A DNA stretch of 64,000 bases from an uncultured Alphaproteobacteria bacterium (GCA_944391415.1 CALXTM010000008.1:2092-66091), one strand, 5' to 3'. Positions 29,818 through 40,265 are shown, numbered from the stretch's first letter. Numbers and translations: made by a program. The notes: a model not told the origin generated them from the letters alone.

Positions 29818-30309
29818 ACCTTTCCATTATGAGATTGAAGTATACGGAATAGTTATTTACAATATCTTAAAAAAATATGACAGATCTAAAAAATATTGTT
29901 GTGTTTTAAATTAAAGCGTATATGCTGATGAATAAGTTTTGACGGAATTTATCGTGTCGAGCCGAATTTGATGAAACCAAAAACAACTAATTGACCATGC
30001 TTCGGTCTTGACACCGCCGCTTTTTCAATGAGATCAAGTGTGCACCGCAAAACTCTTTAGAGGCAAATTTTGCCGGAAGAAATTGCAAGATTTTTGAAGT
30101 CGGCCGCCAATCAACAATAACAAATTTTGAGCCGCCTTTTTATCGCCAATATGATCCGCATCAATACGAGCTGTAAGTCGGGTCAGGCACAAAAATAAAA
30201 AAGCACATATTTTGTGTGGTTTGGCATATTTGGATCTTTGATGTTTTCTCCGGCACTATAAAATAACATAACAGTCATTTTATCATGACTGACAAACGGA
30301 GATTTTTTT

Positions 30310-32673
30310 ATGACTAAAAGAATGTTAATTGATGACACCCAGCCCGAAGAAACACGGGTGGTGGTTGTTAACGGCAATAAGCTTGAGGATGTAGAATTTG
30401 AAAGCTCTAATCGCAAACAAATCAAAGGCAATATATATTTGGGAAAAATCATGCGTGTTGAACCTTCGTTGCAGGCATGTTTTGTTGATTATGGCGGAAA
30501 CAGACATGGTTTTATGGCCTTTGGCGAAATACACCCTGACTATTACAATGTCACCGATGAAGAACTGGCTGAAGTCGATAATGAAGTCAATGAGATAATT
30601 GAAAATAAAAAAAGAATAATTAAAGAACGTGAAATAGAGCGTGAACGCCGGGCCAAGGAAAAAGCTTTAGCCAGAGAGGAGGCTCTCAGATTAAAAGCAC
30701 AGGAAGAGGCAGAAAGACTTGCCGAGCAAAATAATGATAACAAAGAACCGACTGTGGCTGAAGCCAAAGAGGAAGTCCTGGAAACAAACGCTGATCAAAC
30801 TGCTGAAAACGTATATGTAACCGAGGAGGAGTTCATTGCCGAAGAAGAAGCCAAAGAGGAAGAAGGCGGCAAGAAACGGACCAAACGTCGGATGCTTAAG
30901 AAAAAATACCGCAAGCAAATTGCTGCCGAAAGCAATAACGACACCAATAAAGATGCAAAAGAAATAAAAGTTATGGCCGAGGATGTCGGGTTGGAAGAAG
31001 ATGTAATATCATCCGGCGAAATCGACGATGCGGATGATGTTTGTGAAACAGATGACGATTACGAAGAAGATGATGACAGCCTAGATTTTGAAATACAACG
31101 CAAATTGATTAAGGCTCGCAAATTATATCATCGTCATAAGATTCAAGATGTTATCAAAGAAGGTCAAACCGTATTGGTTCAAGTGGTTAAAGAAGAACGC
31201 GGAAACAAAGGTGCGGCTTTAACAACTTATTTATCGTTGGCCGGAAGATATTGCGTTTTGATGCCAAACAGGATAAAAAGCGGCGGGGTATCAAGAAAAA
31301 TAACCAATGCTGCCGACCGAACAAGGCTTAAAGAAATTGTCAAAGAATTGCCGCTTAACCCGGATATGTCAATTATCGTAAGGACAGCCGGTGAAGAAAA
31401 GACTAAATCAGATATTGTAAGAGACTACAATTATCTTATAAGGGCTTGGAATCAGATTAGAATTGATGCACTCAAAAATAAAGCACCAAAACTTATTCAT
31501 GAAGAAGGAAATTTGATTAAAAGAGCTTTACGCGATATCTATACCAAAGATATTTCGGAAATATTGGTGGCTGGCGAGGATGCATTTAAATCGGCCAAAG
31601 ATTTCTTCCGAATTTTGTCGCCGCATAATTTGAAAAAAATCAAAAGTTATCGCAACAATGATATTCCGCTGTTTCAACGTTTTCAAGTCGAAGGCCAGTT
31701 GGACAAATTGCATGATCCGAATGCTCAGCTGGAATCGGGCGGTTATTTGGTAATTAATCCGACCGAGGCTTTGGTGTCGATCGATGTTAACTCCGGTCGT
31801 GCAACTAAAGAGCAGGATTTGGAAGAAACCGCACTCAAAACCAATCTGGAAGCTTGTGATGAAATTGCCAGACAGTTGAGATTACGTAATTTGGCCGGGT
31901 TGGTGGTAATCGACTTTATCGACATGGATGAGCCGGCCAACAACCATGCAGTTGAAAAACGCATGAAAGAGGCTTTGAAAAAAGACCGCTCGCGTATTCA
32001 GGTTGGTAAAATGAGTATGTTTGGTCTTTTGGAATTATCAAGACAAAGAATGCACTCTGCTTTTTGGGAAAGCAATTATCAAGTTTGTCCTTATTGCCAC
32101 GGCAAAGGAATTACCAGAACTCTTGAATCAGCCGGAATGTATATATTGCGCATGATTGAAGAAGAAGGAACAAGAAACCGTTCTGCTAAAATCAATGTTG
32201 CTGTTCCGCCGGAGGTAGCTATCTATTTGCTTAATCACAAACGTAAGACCTTGGTCGATTTGGAGCAAAAATATAAGCTTGATATTGTAATCAGCGCCGA
32301 CGATGATGTTAAATGCGTGGCTGATTACAAAATAGAAAGAACCAAAGCCGTTACGGCCAAAGAAGACGAGAAAATCGTGGCCGAACAACCACAAAAAGCC
32401 GATGAAATTCAAGATGTAACAGAGGCATCGGAGCCGGAAGAAGATCAGCAAAAAGAGCAAAATACTCGCCGCAAAGGACGTCGCGGACGTTTTGACCGCC
32501 GCAGAGGCAAAAACTCTAATCGAAGAGATAATCAACCAATGCAACAACCTCAGGAGGCAGTGATTTTATATGACAGTTATGCCCCTGCCGCACCGAAAGA
32601 AGAACCAGAAGCGGCATCAGAACCGGAAAAGAAAGGGAAATCCGCCTGGTGGAGAAAACTTATAAAAGGATAA
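30310..32673 (+). CDS. rne: Ribonuclease E
   Basis: GNIYLGK..RVEPSLQACFVDYG, S1 domain with acidic insert, IDVNSG, IDFIDM, CPYCHGKG, Arg-rich tail, C-terminal WW. Confidence 0.96.
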   Translation: MTKRMLIDDTQPEETRVVVVNGNKLEDVEFESSNRKQIKGNIYLGKIMRVEPSLQACFVDYGGNRHGFMAFGEIHPDYYNVTDEELAEVDNEVNEIIENKKRIIKEREIERERRAKEKALAREEALRLKAQEEAERLAEQNNDNKEPTVAEAKEEVLETNADQTAENVYVTEEEFIAEEEAKEEEGGKKRTKRRMLKKKYRKQIAAESNNDTNKDAKEIKVMAEDVGLEEDVISSGEIDDADDVCETDDDYEEDDDSLDFEIQRKLIKARKLYHRHKIQDVIKEGQTVLVQVVKEERGNKGAALTTYLSLAGRYCVLMPNRIKSGGVSRKITNAADRTRLKEIVKELPLNPDMSIIVRTAGEEKTKSDIVRDYNYLIRAWNQIRIDALKNKAPKLIHEEGNLIKRALRDIYTKDISEILVAGEDAFKSAKDFFRILSPHNLKKIKSYRNNDIPLFQRFQVEGQLDKLHDPNAQLESGGYLVINPTEALVSIDVNSGRATKEQDLEETALKTNLEACDEIARQLRLRNLAGLVVIDFIDMDEPANNHAVEKRMKEALKKDRSRIQVGKMSMFGLLELSRQRMHSAFWESNYQVCPYCHGKGITRTLESAGMYILRMIEEEGTRNRSAKINVAVPPEVAIYLLNHKRKTLVDLEQKYKLDIVISADDDVKCVADYKIERTKAVTAKEDEKIVAEQPQKADEIQDVTEASEPEEDQQKEQNTRRKGRRGRFDRRRGKNSNRRDNQPMQQPQEAVILYDSYAPAAPKEEPEAASEPEKKGKSAWWRKLIKG

Positions 32674-34016
32674 AAAAAACTAAACTATGGCAAAAAAGGC
32701 TGGCCGCAATATTAATTGCGGTTTCGGTCTTTTTGTCTTTTGGAGCGAGAGCCAATGATGGAATAAGAATTATTTCGGACGAGGAGACCGAGCAGCTTTT
32801 GGCCGATATAATTAAACCTTTGTTCAATGCTGCCGGTCTAAAGTTTAATCGTAACAATATATTTATTGTGGAAGATAATTCCCTTAATGCTTTTGTTGCA
32901 GACGGGAATCGGTTGTTTGTTCATACCGGAACCATTATAAGGGCCGATAATGTTAATGAGTTGGTCGGGGTTATTGCTCATGAAACCGGGCATATCATGG
33001 GAGGACATATCTTACGCCAAAAGCTTAAAGCACAAGATATGAGTGAGGTTTCTTTGGTGTCGGCTATTTTGGCCGGTGCGGGAGCGGCATTGAGCGGCCG
33101 CGGTGATGTGGCAATGGCTGTCATGCTGGGCGGACAAACATCAATGCTAAACCACTATACCGCATATCGTACCGGTGAGGAACGTTCGGCCGATGAAGCT
33201 GCGGTTAAACTGCTCAATAGCACCGGACAATCGCCTAAAGGTATCTTGCAATTTATGAAAAAAATATCGCAGGACAATATGTTAAACGGCAGAGTGGAAA
33301 TTCCCTATTTTAGAACACACCCTATCACATCGGAACGAATAAACTTTTTTGAAAAACAAAGCGAAATCTCGCCTTATCCTGCGACATCTGATTATGATGA
33401 TGAATTTTTGCGGATTAAGGCCAAATTAAAAGCATATTTGCTATCCCCTCAACAAACATTTAAGGAATATCCTTTAACAAAAAACGATATTCCGTCTTTG
33501 TATGCCCAAGCGGTTGCTTATCTAAAACAGCTTAAATTTGATAAAGCGGCAGATAAAATAAATATTCTGATAAAAAAAGAACCTAATAATCCGTTCTTTT
33601 ATGAGTTAAAAGGCCAGATATTGCTTGAAACGGGAAATCTGGCAAAAGCAAAAGAATGTTTTGCCAAAGCCTATGATTTGCTGCCTAATTCGGCATTGAT
33701 GCAAATTAATTATGCGCAGGCTGTTTTGGAAGATAGTCCTGATCAAAAAGATGCACGCCTGGCCATAAATTTGTTGAACAAATCTTTAATCTCGGCTCCA
33801 AAGGGATTTGCTTGGATGCTGCTGGCAAAAGCTTATGGAATTGTCGGCGATATGGCTGAGGCCAATTATGCCGCGGCTGAGTATTCATTGAGAATCGGAG
33901 CGTTGCAAACAGCGCAAAATCAATTAAAAAACGCTGCCAAATATCCGATGTCAAAACAATTAAAATTAAAATGTGAAGACTTGGCACAAAGAATTAAAGC
34001 AATCAAACAAGGCTGA
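32649..34016 (+). CDS. M48 metalloprotease with TPRs (BepA/YfgC-like)
   Basis: LNAF, AHETGH (HExxH), ERSAD, YFRTHP, C-terminal helical repeats; start codon uncertain. Confidence 0.9.
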   Translation: MEKTYKRIKKTKLWQKRLAAILIAVSVFLSFGARANDGIRIISDEETEQLLADIIKPLFNAAGLKFNRNNIFIVEDNSLNAFVADGNRLFVHTGTIIRADNVNELVGVIAHETGHIMGGHILRQKLKAQDMSEVSLVSAILAGAGAALSGRGDVAMAVMLGGQTSMLNHYTAYRTGEERSADEAAVKLLNSTGQSPKGILQFMKKISQDNMLNGRVEIPYFRTHPITSERINFFEKQSEISPYPATSDYDDEFLRIKAKLKAYLLSPQQTFKEYPLTKNDIPSLYAQAVAYLKQLKFDKAADKINILIKKEPNNPFFYELKGQILLETGNLAKAKECFAKAYDLLPNSALMQINYAQAVLEDSPDQKDARLAINLLNKSLISAPKGFAWMLLAKAYGIVGDMAEANYAAAEYSLRIGALQTAQNQLKNAAKYPMSKQLKLKCEDLAQRIKAIKQG

Positions 34017-34104
34017 GTGAAAACTGCCTTGTTATTTTCAATTGTAGAAAATTTATTTTTGTGTTATGATGTCGGTAGATTGGCACAAACAAGGATGATA
34101 TGTC

Positions 34105-35112
34105 ATGGTTGATAAAAAAACTCAGGAAGATGCTTTTCAAAAAATTATTGATTGGATAAAAAGCTCTGATTTTGAGCAGGAAAAATTGCCGCTTAAGATA
34201 GCCGAAGCTTGCAATAACAAGCAAGAATATCAAAATTTTCTAACTTATTTGCTAAAAATATCAAATCTTGCCGGTAAAGCCGAGCGCGATAAATTAAAAC
34301 TTGCGCAGAACATCGCCAATAAAAAAATTAAAGAATTGAACAAGCAAGCGGAAAATAACGCTACACCACAGGAACAAAAAAAAGTTACGACTCTGTCGTC
34401 GGGCAAAAAAGATGAGGAAACTGATAAACAACAAAGCGAAGAAACAAAAAATACCTCTGTTGCCCTGCCCAAAATAGTGAATGATTTTGAAACTGCATTT
34501 CGGGAAAGAAAAATTGTGGCTTTGCCGCACAATAAAGACCAGAAAGAATTTCCGTTTGGTTATGATTTGTATAAACCAGGTATTACACCATCACGCGATG
34601 ATCAGCCGACCGGAAATGTCACTATCGAAAGTGAAAACCTTGTTACACTGACCAGTGATGATTTGCAGCACTTTATTGCAACAGTTATGGCCATTAAAAA
34701 CTCGGGCTCTGATAAAATTGAGCTTAGTTTGGATAACGGCACCGAAGAAGAAAAGAAAGCTTTTGCCGCTAATGCGATTATTGCCGGTGCTTTGGTGGGA
34801 ATTAAAGTAGAAAATTCACCCTATTCGTTGGAAGAACTTAAAGACGTTAACGCTATGGTCGGACATGTAATTAATTTGCAACAAAAACAGCAAGAAATCG
34901 CGTCTTTGGCAGAAAAACAAAATCATAAGCCTGAAGATTTGGAAGCCAAAATTACCGATACTTTTGACTATTATGAAAAGTTCAGCAAAGACTTAATTCC
35001 ACCTAAAGAGCAGTTAAAAATCTTTGAGTGCGGAATCCGGGCGGCCAAACAAGATAAAATACGCAATGCCGCTTTGAATGTTTTGCGCCAAAAAAAGGCG
35101 AACAGCAAATAA
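34105..35112 (+). CDS. Hypothetical coiled-coil protein, possible LPD7-like segment
   Basis: 335-aa ORF with SD; Lys/Glu/Gln-rich; basic C-terminus. Confidence 0.7.
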   Translation: MVDKKTQEDAFQKIIDWIKSSDFEQEKLPLKIAEACNNKQEYQNFLTYLLKISNLAGKAERDKLKLAQNIANKKIKELNKQAENNATPQEQKKVTTLSSGKKDEETDKQQSEETKNTSVALPKIVNDFETAFRERKIVALPHNKDQKEFPFGYDLYKPGITPSRDDQPTGNVTIESENLVTLTSDDLQHFIATVMAIKNSGSDKIELSLDNGTEEEKKAFAANAIIAGALVGIKVENSPYSLEELKDVNAMVGHVINLQQKQQEIASLAEKQNHKPEDLEAKITDTFDYYEKFSKDLIPPKEQLKIFECGIRAAKQDKIRNAALNVLRQKKANSK

Positions 35113-35123
35113 CCGGCCCGATA

Positions 35124-35576
35124 CTAGGACTGTTGATGCCAGCTGCCGTTATTGTCTTGTTGCCAATAAACGCACTCGTTGCCGCTGTTTTTTACCTGTC
35201 GCCAAAAATCTCTTGCCTGAGACAGGCTATCAGGATCTGAACCATCAAACAAATTAAGTACTCTGGCAAATTGCGATAAGCTGTCGATAGCGATTTTGGC
35301 ACCATCGACCAAAAAAAGCATCTCGGCTTGATTGGGATTGTCATCACCTGATGTAAGCCAAATCGGCTGCAGAGCAGCGTTGCCGTCTTTTTTTGTGCCG
35401 TGAGGCAAAAAAGATTCATCTTCATAGGTCCACAAAGCCGTATTCAGAAAATCTACTCTGGCCTCGTTACCAACCTTGACCAAGACACGTTTGCCGGTGG
35501 TATAGGCTTTTTCCAACAATTTTGGCAGCACCTGCTCTACCGAACTTAACTGCATGTGATAAAAATCAACTCTCAT
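35124..35576 (-). CDS. holC: DNA polymerase III chi subunit
   Basis: RVDFYH, LLEKA, LWTY..SFLPHG, QPIWLT, LFDG, YWQQ. Confidence 0.93.
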   Translation of the reverse strand: MRVDFYHMQLSSVEQVLPKLLEKAYTTGKRVLVKVGNEARVDFLNTALWTYEDESFLPHGTKKDGNAALQPIWLTSGDDNPNQAEMLFLVDGAKIAIDSLSQFARVLNLFDGSDPDSLSQARDFWRQVKNSGNECVYWQQDNNGSWHQQS

Positions 35577-35577
35577 T

Positions 35578-36933
35578 TTAGGCACCCAAGTTTAGTTTAA
35601 GGGTTTGGATGATGCCATCGCTCATAATCTCAACCGTAACATCTATTTTATTTTGTGCTTTGGCATAGGAAATATAAGAATAGATATCTTCAACAGATGA
35701 TACCTCCTGGCCATCAAATTTGCGAATAACATCACCTGCTTTAACTCCTTTGGCTGCGGCATCAGAATCTGCCAATACTTCATTGACCGTAACCTTATTA
35801 TTATCTTGTCCGACAATAAGCCCCAAAGTTTCAATATAACCATTAGGTATTTCCGGTGAATGCGATTTTGGAACAGAGGGCGTGTCAGGCATCAAGGCTA
35901 TTTGAACTTCGAGATCTTTAATTTTATTATTGCGCCAAATCCGTAAAATAACGGTTGTACCGATTTTGGTTTCGGCAATACGACGCGAAAAACTTTTGAC
36001 ATCGGCAATATTATTGCCATCAATCGACATGATAATATCGCCAGCCTCTATTCCGGCTTGGGCTGCAGGCGAATTTTCGCTTAGTGAGTTTACAATAACG
36101 CCGCCGGTAAATATTTCATTTTCGCTAAGCGAAATATTTTGGGTCGAGGTCGAACCTTTAACACCTATCCATCCACGCTCTACTTTGCCTTTAGCAATCA
36201 GCTCTTCAATCACAAATTTGCTCAGATTTATCGGCGTGGCAAAACCTATCCCCATACTGGCACCGGTGGAAGAAAATATGGCTGTATTAATGCCTACTAC
36301 CTTGCCTTGCATATTAAACATCGGCCCCCCTGAAGAACCTTGGTTGATTGAGGCATCTGTTTGAATAAAATTGTCATATGAACCGGCATCAATGTCCCTG
36401 GATTTGGCACTGACGATACCTGCAGTGACACTACCTCCAAGACCAAAAGGATTGCCAATTGCCAAAATCCAATCGCCAACCTTAAGAGCGTCAGAATCAC
36501 CAAATTCAACAAACGGCAGCGATTTGTTTGCATCTATCTTTATCAAAGCCAAATCCGTCATTTTGTCTTTGCCAATGACAACGGCATTGTAGCGGCTATC
36601 ATCAAACAGTGTGACAACTATTTCGTCGGCTTTATCAATAACATGATTATTGGTAATGATATACCCCTTGGGATCAATTAAAAAACCTGAACCAAGAGAG
36701 GTCATACCACCGTCATCTTGCAAAAAATAGTTGCGAATGTAGTCGTTTGCACTGGTGATGTCGGCCCTTTCGCCGGACAACGGCTCGGTGCGAACAGTCG
36801 AAATATTGACAACCCCCGGCAACAATTTTTCAACCAAAGGAGCAAAAGAAACTCCGACCATGTCTTTATTTTGCGAATTGGCCGCAAAAGGAAACAAACA
36901 AAAACAAATAAGCAAGAATATTTTGCGTAACAA
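35578..36933 (-). CDS. HtrA/DegP-type serine protease with PDZ domains
   Basis: LGSGF, TNNHV, DLAL, QTDASINQGSSGGP, two PDZ-like regions. Confidence 0.94.
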   Translation of the reverse strand: MLRKIFLLICFCLFPFAANSQNKDMVGVSFAPLVEKLLPGVVNISTVRTEPLSGERADITSANDYIRNYFLQDDGGMTSLGSGFLIDPKGYIITNNHVIDKADEIVVTLFDDSRYNAVVIGKDKMTDLALIKIDANKSLPFVEFGDSDALKVGDWILAIGNPFGLGGSVTAGIVSAKSRDIDAGSYDNFIQTDASINQGSSGGPMFNMQGKVVGINTAIFSSTGASMGIGFATPINLSKFVIEELIAKGKVERGWIGVKGSTSTQNISLSENEIFTGGVIVNSLSENSPAAQAGIEAGDIIMSIDGNNIADVKSFSRRIAETKIGTTVILRIWRNNKIKDLEVQIALMPDTPSVPKSHSPEIPNGYIETLGLIVGQDNNKVTVNEVLADSDAAAKGVKAGDVIRKFDGQEVSSVEDIYSYISYAKAQNKIDVTVEIMSDGIIQTLKLNLGA

Positions 36934-36945
36934 ATTATAACGTCC

Positions 36946-37815
36946 CTATTTTGAAGTCTGTTTGAAATATTCAAAAAATTCTGAATCCGGCGACAAAACC
37001 AATGACGTGTCACCTTGACCGCTAAGCGAATTTTTATAGGCCTCCAAAGAGCGATAAAAGGCAAAAAACTTAGGATCGACACCGGCGGCAGAATTCCAAA
37101 TTTCAATTGCTTGCTTATCCCCCTCGCCGCGGATAATTTGCGCTTGTTTTTCGGCCTCGGCAAGAATCACTGCTTGTTCTTTTTCGGCCTCGGCGCGGAT
37201 TTTTTGTGCCTCTTGTTGGCCGGTTGCTCTGAACTCTTTGGCCTCGCGCTCACGCTCGGTCTTCATGCGGGCATTGATAGCTTGCAAAACCTCGACCGGT
37301 AAGTCGGCACGACGAATTCTTACATCGGCAACGCTGACACCGATTTGCTCGGCATCGACTTTGACCGCTTGGGATATATCGGCCATAATTTCGGTCCTTT
37401 GACTGGAGAGCAACTCCTGTAAAGTAGAACGCCCCAAAACCTTGCGTACCGAAGAATTAACAATCTCCTCCAACTTGGAACGGGCTTGTGCTTCGGTACG
37501 AACCGTCTGATAAAATTTGAGCGGATCGACTATGCGATAGCGGGTAAAGTTGTCAACATCCAAACGTTTTTTATCATTCAAAACGACCTCTTGGGCCGGC
37601 GGCTCAAGATTGAGCAAGCGGTTATCATAAAAAATGACTTTTTGAATAAAAGGCAATTTAAGTTTAAGACCGGGATTTTTAATTTCTCTGATCGGCTCAC
37701 CAAATTGCAAGACAATGGCCTGTTCGGTTTGTGACAAAACAAACAATGAATCTGCCGCCACAATCAGAACTGCCGCAATAATAACCCCCAAAACCACTTT
37801 CATCTTATCTTGCAT
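36946..37815 (-). CDS. hflC: Protease modulator HflC
   Basis: SPFH domain, RMKTEREREA, FYRSLEAY, LSPDSEFF. Confidence 0.95.
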   Translation of the reverse strand: MQDKMKVVLGVIIAAVLIVAADSLFVLSQTEQAIVLQFGEPIREIKNPGLKLKLPFIQKVIFYDNRLLNLEPPAQEVVLNDKKRLDVDNFTRYRIVDPLKFYQTVRTEAQARSKLEEIVNSSVRKVLGRSTLQELLSSQRTEIMADISQAVKVDAEQIGVSVADVRIRRADLPVEVLQAINARMKTEREREAKEFRATGQQEAQKIRAEAEKEQAVILAEAEKQAQIIRGEGDKQAIEIWNSAAGVDPKFFAFYRSLEAYKNSLSGQGDTSLVLSPDSEFFEYFKQTSK

Positions 37816-38837
37816 TAGTTGCCTCCCTTGTTTAATTTATCTAACGGCAGATATGGTATAACTCCGTTTTTGCCAGAATCGATAATTACCTTGTCTGAAT
37901 TGCCCAATACTTTTTCCATGGTCTCCAAATACAAACGCTTGGTGGTGACATCTTTGCCATTTTTATAGGCACCGTAAACTGATAAAAATCTGTCGGCCTC
38001 ACCTTGGGCTTTGTTGACGACAGCTTGGCGATAGGCCTCGGCATTTTGCAGGCGCTGAGCCGCCTCACCGCGTGATTTTGGCAAAATCTCGTTGCGATAG
38101 GCCTCAGCCTCGTTTTTGAAACGCTCCATATCGGCTTTGGCACGCTGAACCTCGTTAAAAGCATCGACAACTTGCTTCGGAGGATCGGCTTTTTGCAATT
38201 TGACACGGACAATTCTGATACCGGCGCCAAATTCGTTTAGAACTTTTTGCAGCTCTTCTTTGGTCTCGTCTTCTACCTTACCACGGTCACCAGAGATAAT
38301 CGGCATCATCTGAGATTGGCCGACAATTTCGCGCAAAACCGACTGCGCCGCCACTCTGACCGTTTGATCGGGATTTTGCATATTAAACAAATAGTCTTTG
38401 GCATTTTCAACCCGCCAAACAATGGTTAAGTTAATATCAACAATATTTTCATCCCCTGTCAGCATATGGCTTTCGGTAAACGTGTTGGCAGATATATTTT
38501 GGGATTCTTGCACACCAAGATTGATGCTGCGCTCTTGAGTGATGTTTACCTTGTGTACGTTTTCTATCGGATATGGCAGGTGATAATGCAAACCGGGCAT
38601 GGTCGTCTCGTGATATGCGCCAAACCGCAAAACAACACCTTCCTCATTGGGCTGGACCTGATATAAACCCGAGGCCAACCACAACAAAACCAACACCAAT
38701 GCAACCCACCACCACTTAAACTCAAAATTTATTGTCGGTTGCAGATTTTTCTTCGTGGATGGAGCAGATGAAACGTCATTTTCCGGCCACGGATTATTAT
38801 TGTCATCATTGTCCCAAGGACTTGGTGTCTTTGCCAT
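37815..38837 (-). CDS. hflK: Protease modulator HflK
   Basis: PGLHYHLPYPIE, MLTGDENIVD, RLYLETME; start trimmed to MAKTPSPW. Confidence 0.95.
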   Translation of the reverse strand: MAKTPSPWDNDDNNNPWPENDVSSAPSTKKNLQPTINFEFKWWWVALVLVLLWLASGLYQVQPNEEGVVLRFGAYHETTMPGLHYHLPYPIENVHKVNITQERSINLGVQESQNISANTFTESHMLTGDENIVDINLTIVWRVENAKDYLFNMQNPDQTVRVAAQSVLREIVGQSQMMPIISGDRGKVEDETKEELQKVLNEFGAGIRIVRVKLQKADPPKQVVDAFNEVQRAKADMERFKNEAEAYRNEILPKSRGEAAQRLQNAEAYRQAVVNKAQGEADRFLSVYGAYKNGKDVTTKRLYLETMEKVLGNSDKVIIDSGKNGVIPYLPLDKLNKGGN

Positions 38838-38935
38838 AACTGTATTTCTCCAATTTTTTAGTTGCATTGCGATGATTATATAATATAAATATCTCAAGAA
38901 AACAATAATTGCTAATCTATCAACAGGGGATAATT

Positions 38936-39919
38936 ATGGAAAACGACATAAGACAAACGGTATTGAAATATTTTGCCGAGGATAGCATATCGGCCATTAA
39001 CGTGACAGCAAACCGTATTATCGTTACCTTGCAAAACACTCAAGAAGACGTCAAAAAAGCCGATCAGTTAAAAGCCGAATTATTGAAATTTGACGGCATC
39101 AACAAGGTAAACATCATCTTTACCGCCGCCAAAAGCGCATCGCCGCTACAAGAAGGGCCAAAAAAATGGCAAGTCAACGGGGTTAAAAGAATAATTGCCG
39201 TGGCCTCGGGCAAAGGCGGGGTCGGCAAATCCACCACTGCGGTTAATCTGGCATTGGCGTTGAGCAAGCTGGGCAAAAAGGTGGCAATATTTGATGCCGA
39301 TATTTACGGACCGTCACTGCCGACTATGCTCGGATACGAAAATCAGCCGGCAGTATCTTTTGACGGCAAAACATTTGAGGCGTTTGAGGCGTTTGGTCTA
39401 AAGTCGATGTCCATCGGCTCGATGATTGATCGCGATACGCCGATAATTTGGCGCGGCGCAAAGGCCTGCGGCGCAATTGAACAGCTATTGGAAGAGACCA
39501 ACTGGGGCGAAATTGATGTTATGGTGCTTGATATGCCGCCAGGCACCGGCGATATTCAAATCAGCATATCCCAACAGCTTAAACTTGACGGTGCCGTCAT
39601 TGTATCTACCCCGCAAGATATTGCTTTGATTGATGCGGTTAAAGGGGTTAATATGTTTAGAAAAGTTGATGTGCCGGTGTTGGGGATTGTGGAAAATATG
39701 AGCTATTATATCTGCCCCAAATGCGGCAACCGCGACGAGATTTTCGGCCATGCCGGGGCCAAAGAAACCGCCGAGCGCTTGGGAGTAAGATTCTTGGGCG
39801 AAATTCCGCTTAACTTTGCTATCCGTACTCACTCTGACGACGGCGAGCCGATTGTTGAGGCCGAGCCGGAGAGTGTTTATGCCAAAGCATATTTGGAAAT
39901 TGCTAAAAAAATAGCTTAA
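38936..39919 (+). CDS. mrp: Mrp/ApbC Fe-S cluster carrier ATPase
   Basis: ASGKGGVGKST, DADIYGPS, DMPPGTGD, ENMSYYICPKCG. Confidence 0.95.
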   Translation: MENDIRQTVLKYFAEDSISAINVTANRIIVTLQNTQEDVKKADQLKAELLKFDGINKVNIIFTAAKSASPLQEGPKKWQVNGVKRIIAVASGKGGVGKSTTAVNLALALSKLGKKVAIFDADIYGPSLPTMLGYENQPAVSFDGKTFEAFEAFGLKSMSIGSMIDRDTPIIWRGAKACGAIEQLLEETNWGEIDVMVLDMPPGTGDIQISISQQLKLDGAVIVSTPQDIALIDAVKGVNMFRKVDVPVLGIVENMSYYICPKCGNRDEIFGHAGAKETAERLGVRFLGEIPLNFAIRTHSDDGEPIVEAEPESVYAKAYLEIAKKIA

Positions 39920-39936
39920 AAAGCTATTTCCTTAAA

Positions 39937-40018
39937 AATGGGGAGTGCGTGATATAAGCATGCTTTGCATGACGAATAAACGCGACTGTCTACATGCAGT
40001 TTGTGAGCTCCCCGCCTT
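39937..40018 (+). ncRNA. Structured RNA, copy 1 (C4/CI antisense-like)
   Basis: GGGGAG/CTCCCC closing stem; GCGT/ACGC stem with GATATAAG/ACGAATAA internal loop and CATGC/GCATG cap; ACTGT-CTACAT-GCAGT hairpin; near-identical to copy 2. Confidence 0.7.
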
Positions 40019-40091
40019 ATAAATTACATTCTGACGGAGCAATGATGGCTTCGTTTTTTTTGGCAAAATTTAGCGGCGATTAAAATAAAAC

Positions 40092-40119
40092 TTGCATTTT
40101 TTACTGATTTAGCTAATAT
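40092..40119 (+). promoter_or_regulatory. Putative sigma70 promoter for the RNA copy 2/XRE transcript
   Basis: TTGCAT-N16-TAATAT. Confidence 0.5.
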
Positions 40120-40185
40120 GAGTTTGCTTGAGGCGAGTTGCCTCGAGTGGTGTTTCACAACACCGTCCTACAGACTAGTTCCCTG

Positions 40186-40265
40186 AATGGGGAGCTGTCG
40201 ATATAAGCATGCTTGCATGACGAATAAGACAGGCTGTCTGTAGGCAGTTGTGAACTCCCCGCCTT
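40186..40265 (+). ncRNA. Structured RNA, copy 2 (C4/CI antisense-like)
   Basis: Same fold as copy 1 with compensatory CTGTC/GACAG stem; GTCTGTAGG and GTTGTGAA are complementary to upstream CCTACAGAC and TTCACAAC. Confidence 0.75.

Noticed and set aside
32649-32720. Possible frameshift or phase-variable A-tract at the start of the M48 protease (out-of-frame ATG near A8 and A6 runs)
   Set aside because: An in-frame GTG overlapping the rne end gives an intact signal peptide, and A-runs are common here
39937-40265. Known metabolite riboswitch or ribozyme (yybP-ykoY, hammerhead, twister), or a CRISPR mini-array
   Set aside because: Diagnostic conserved cores are missing; the units are ~80 nt and complementary to upstream boxes, which fits an antisense design better
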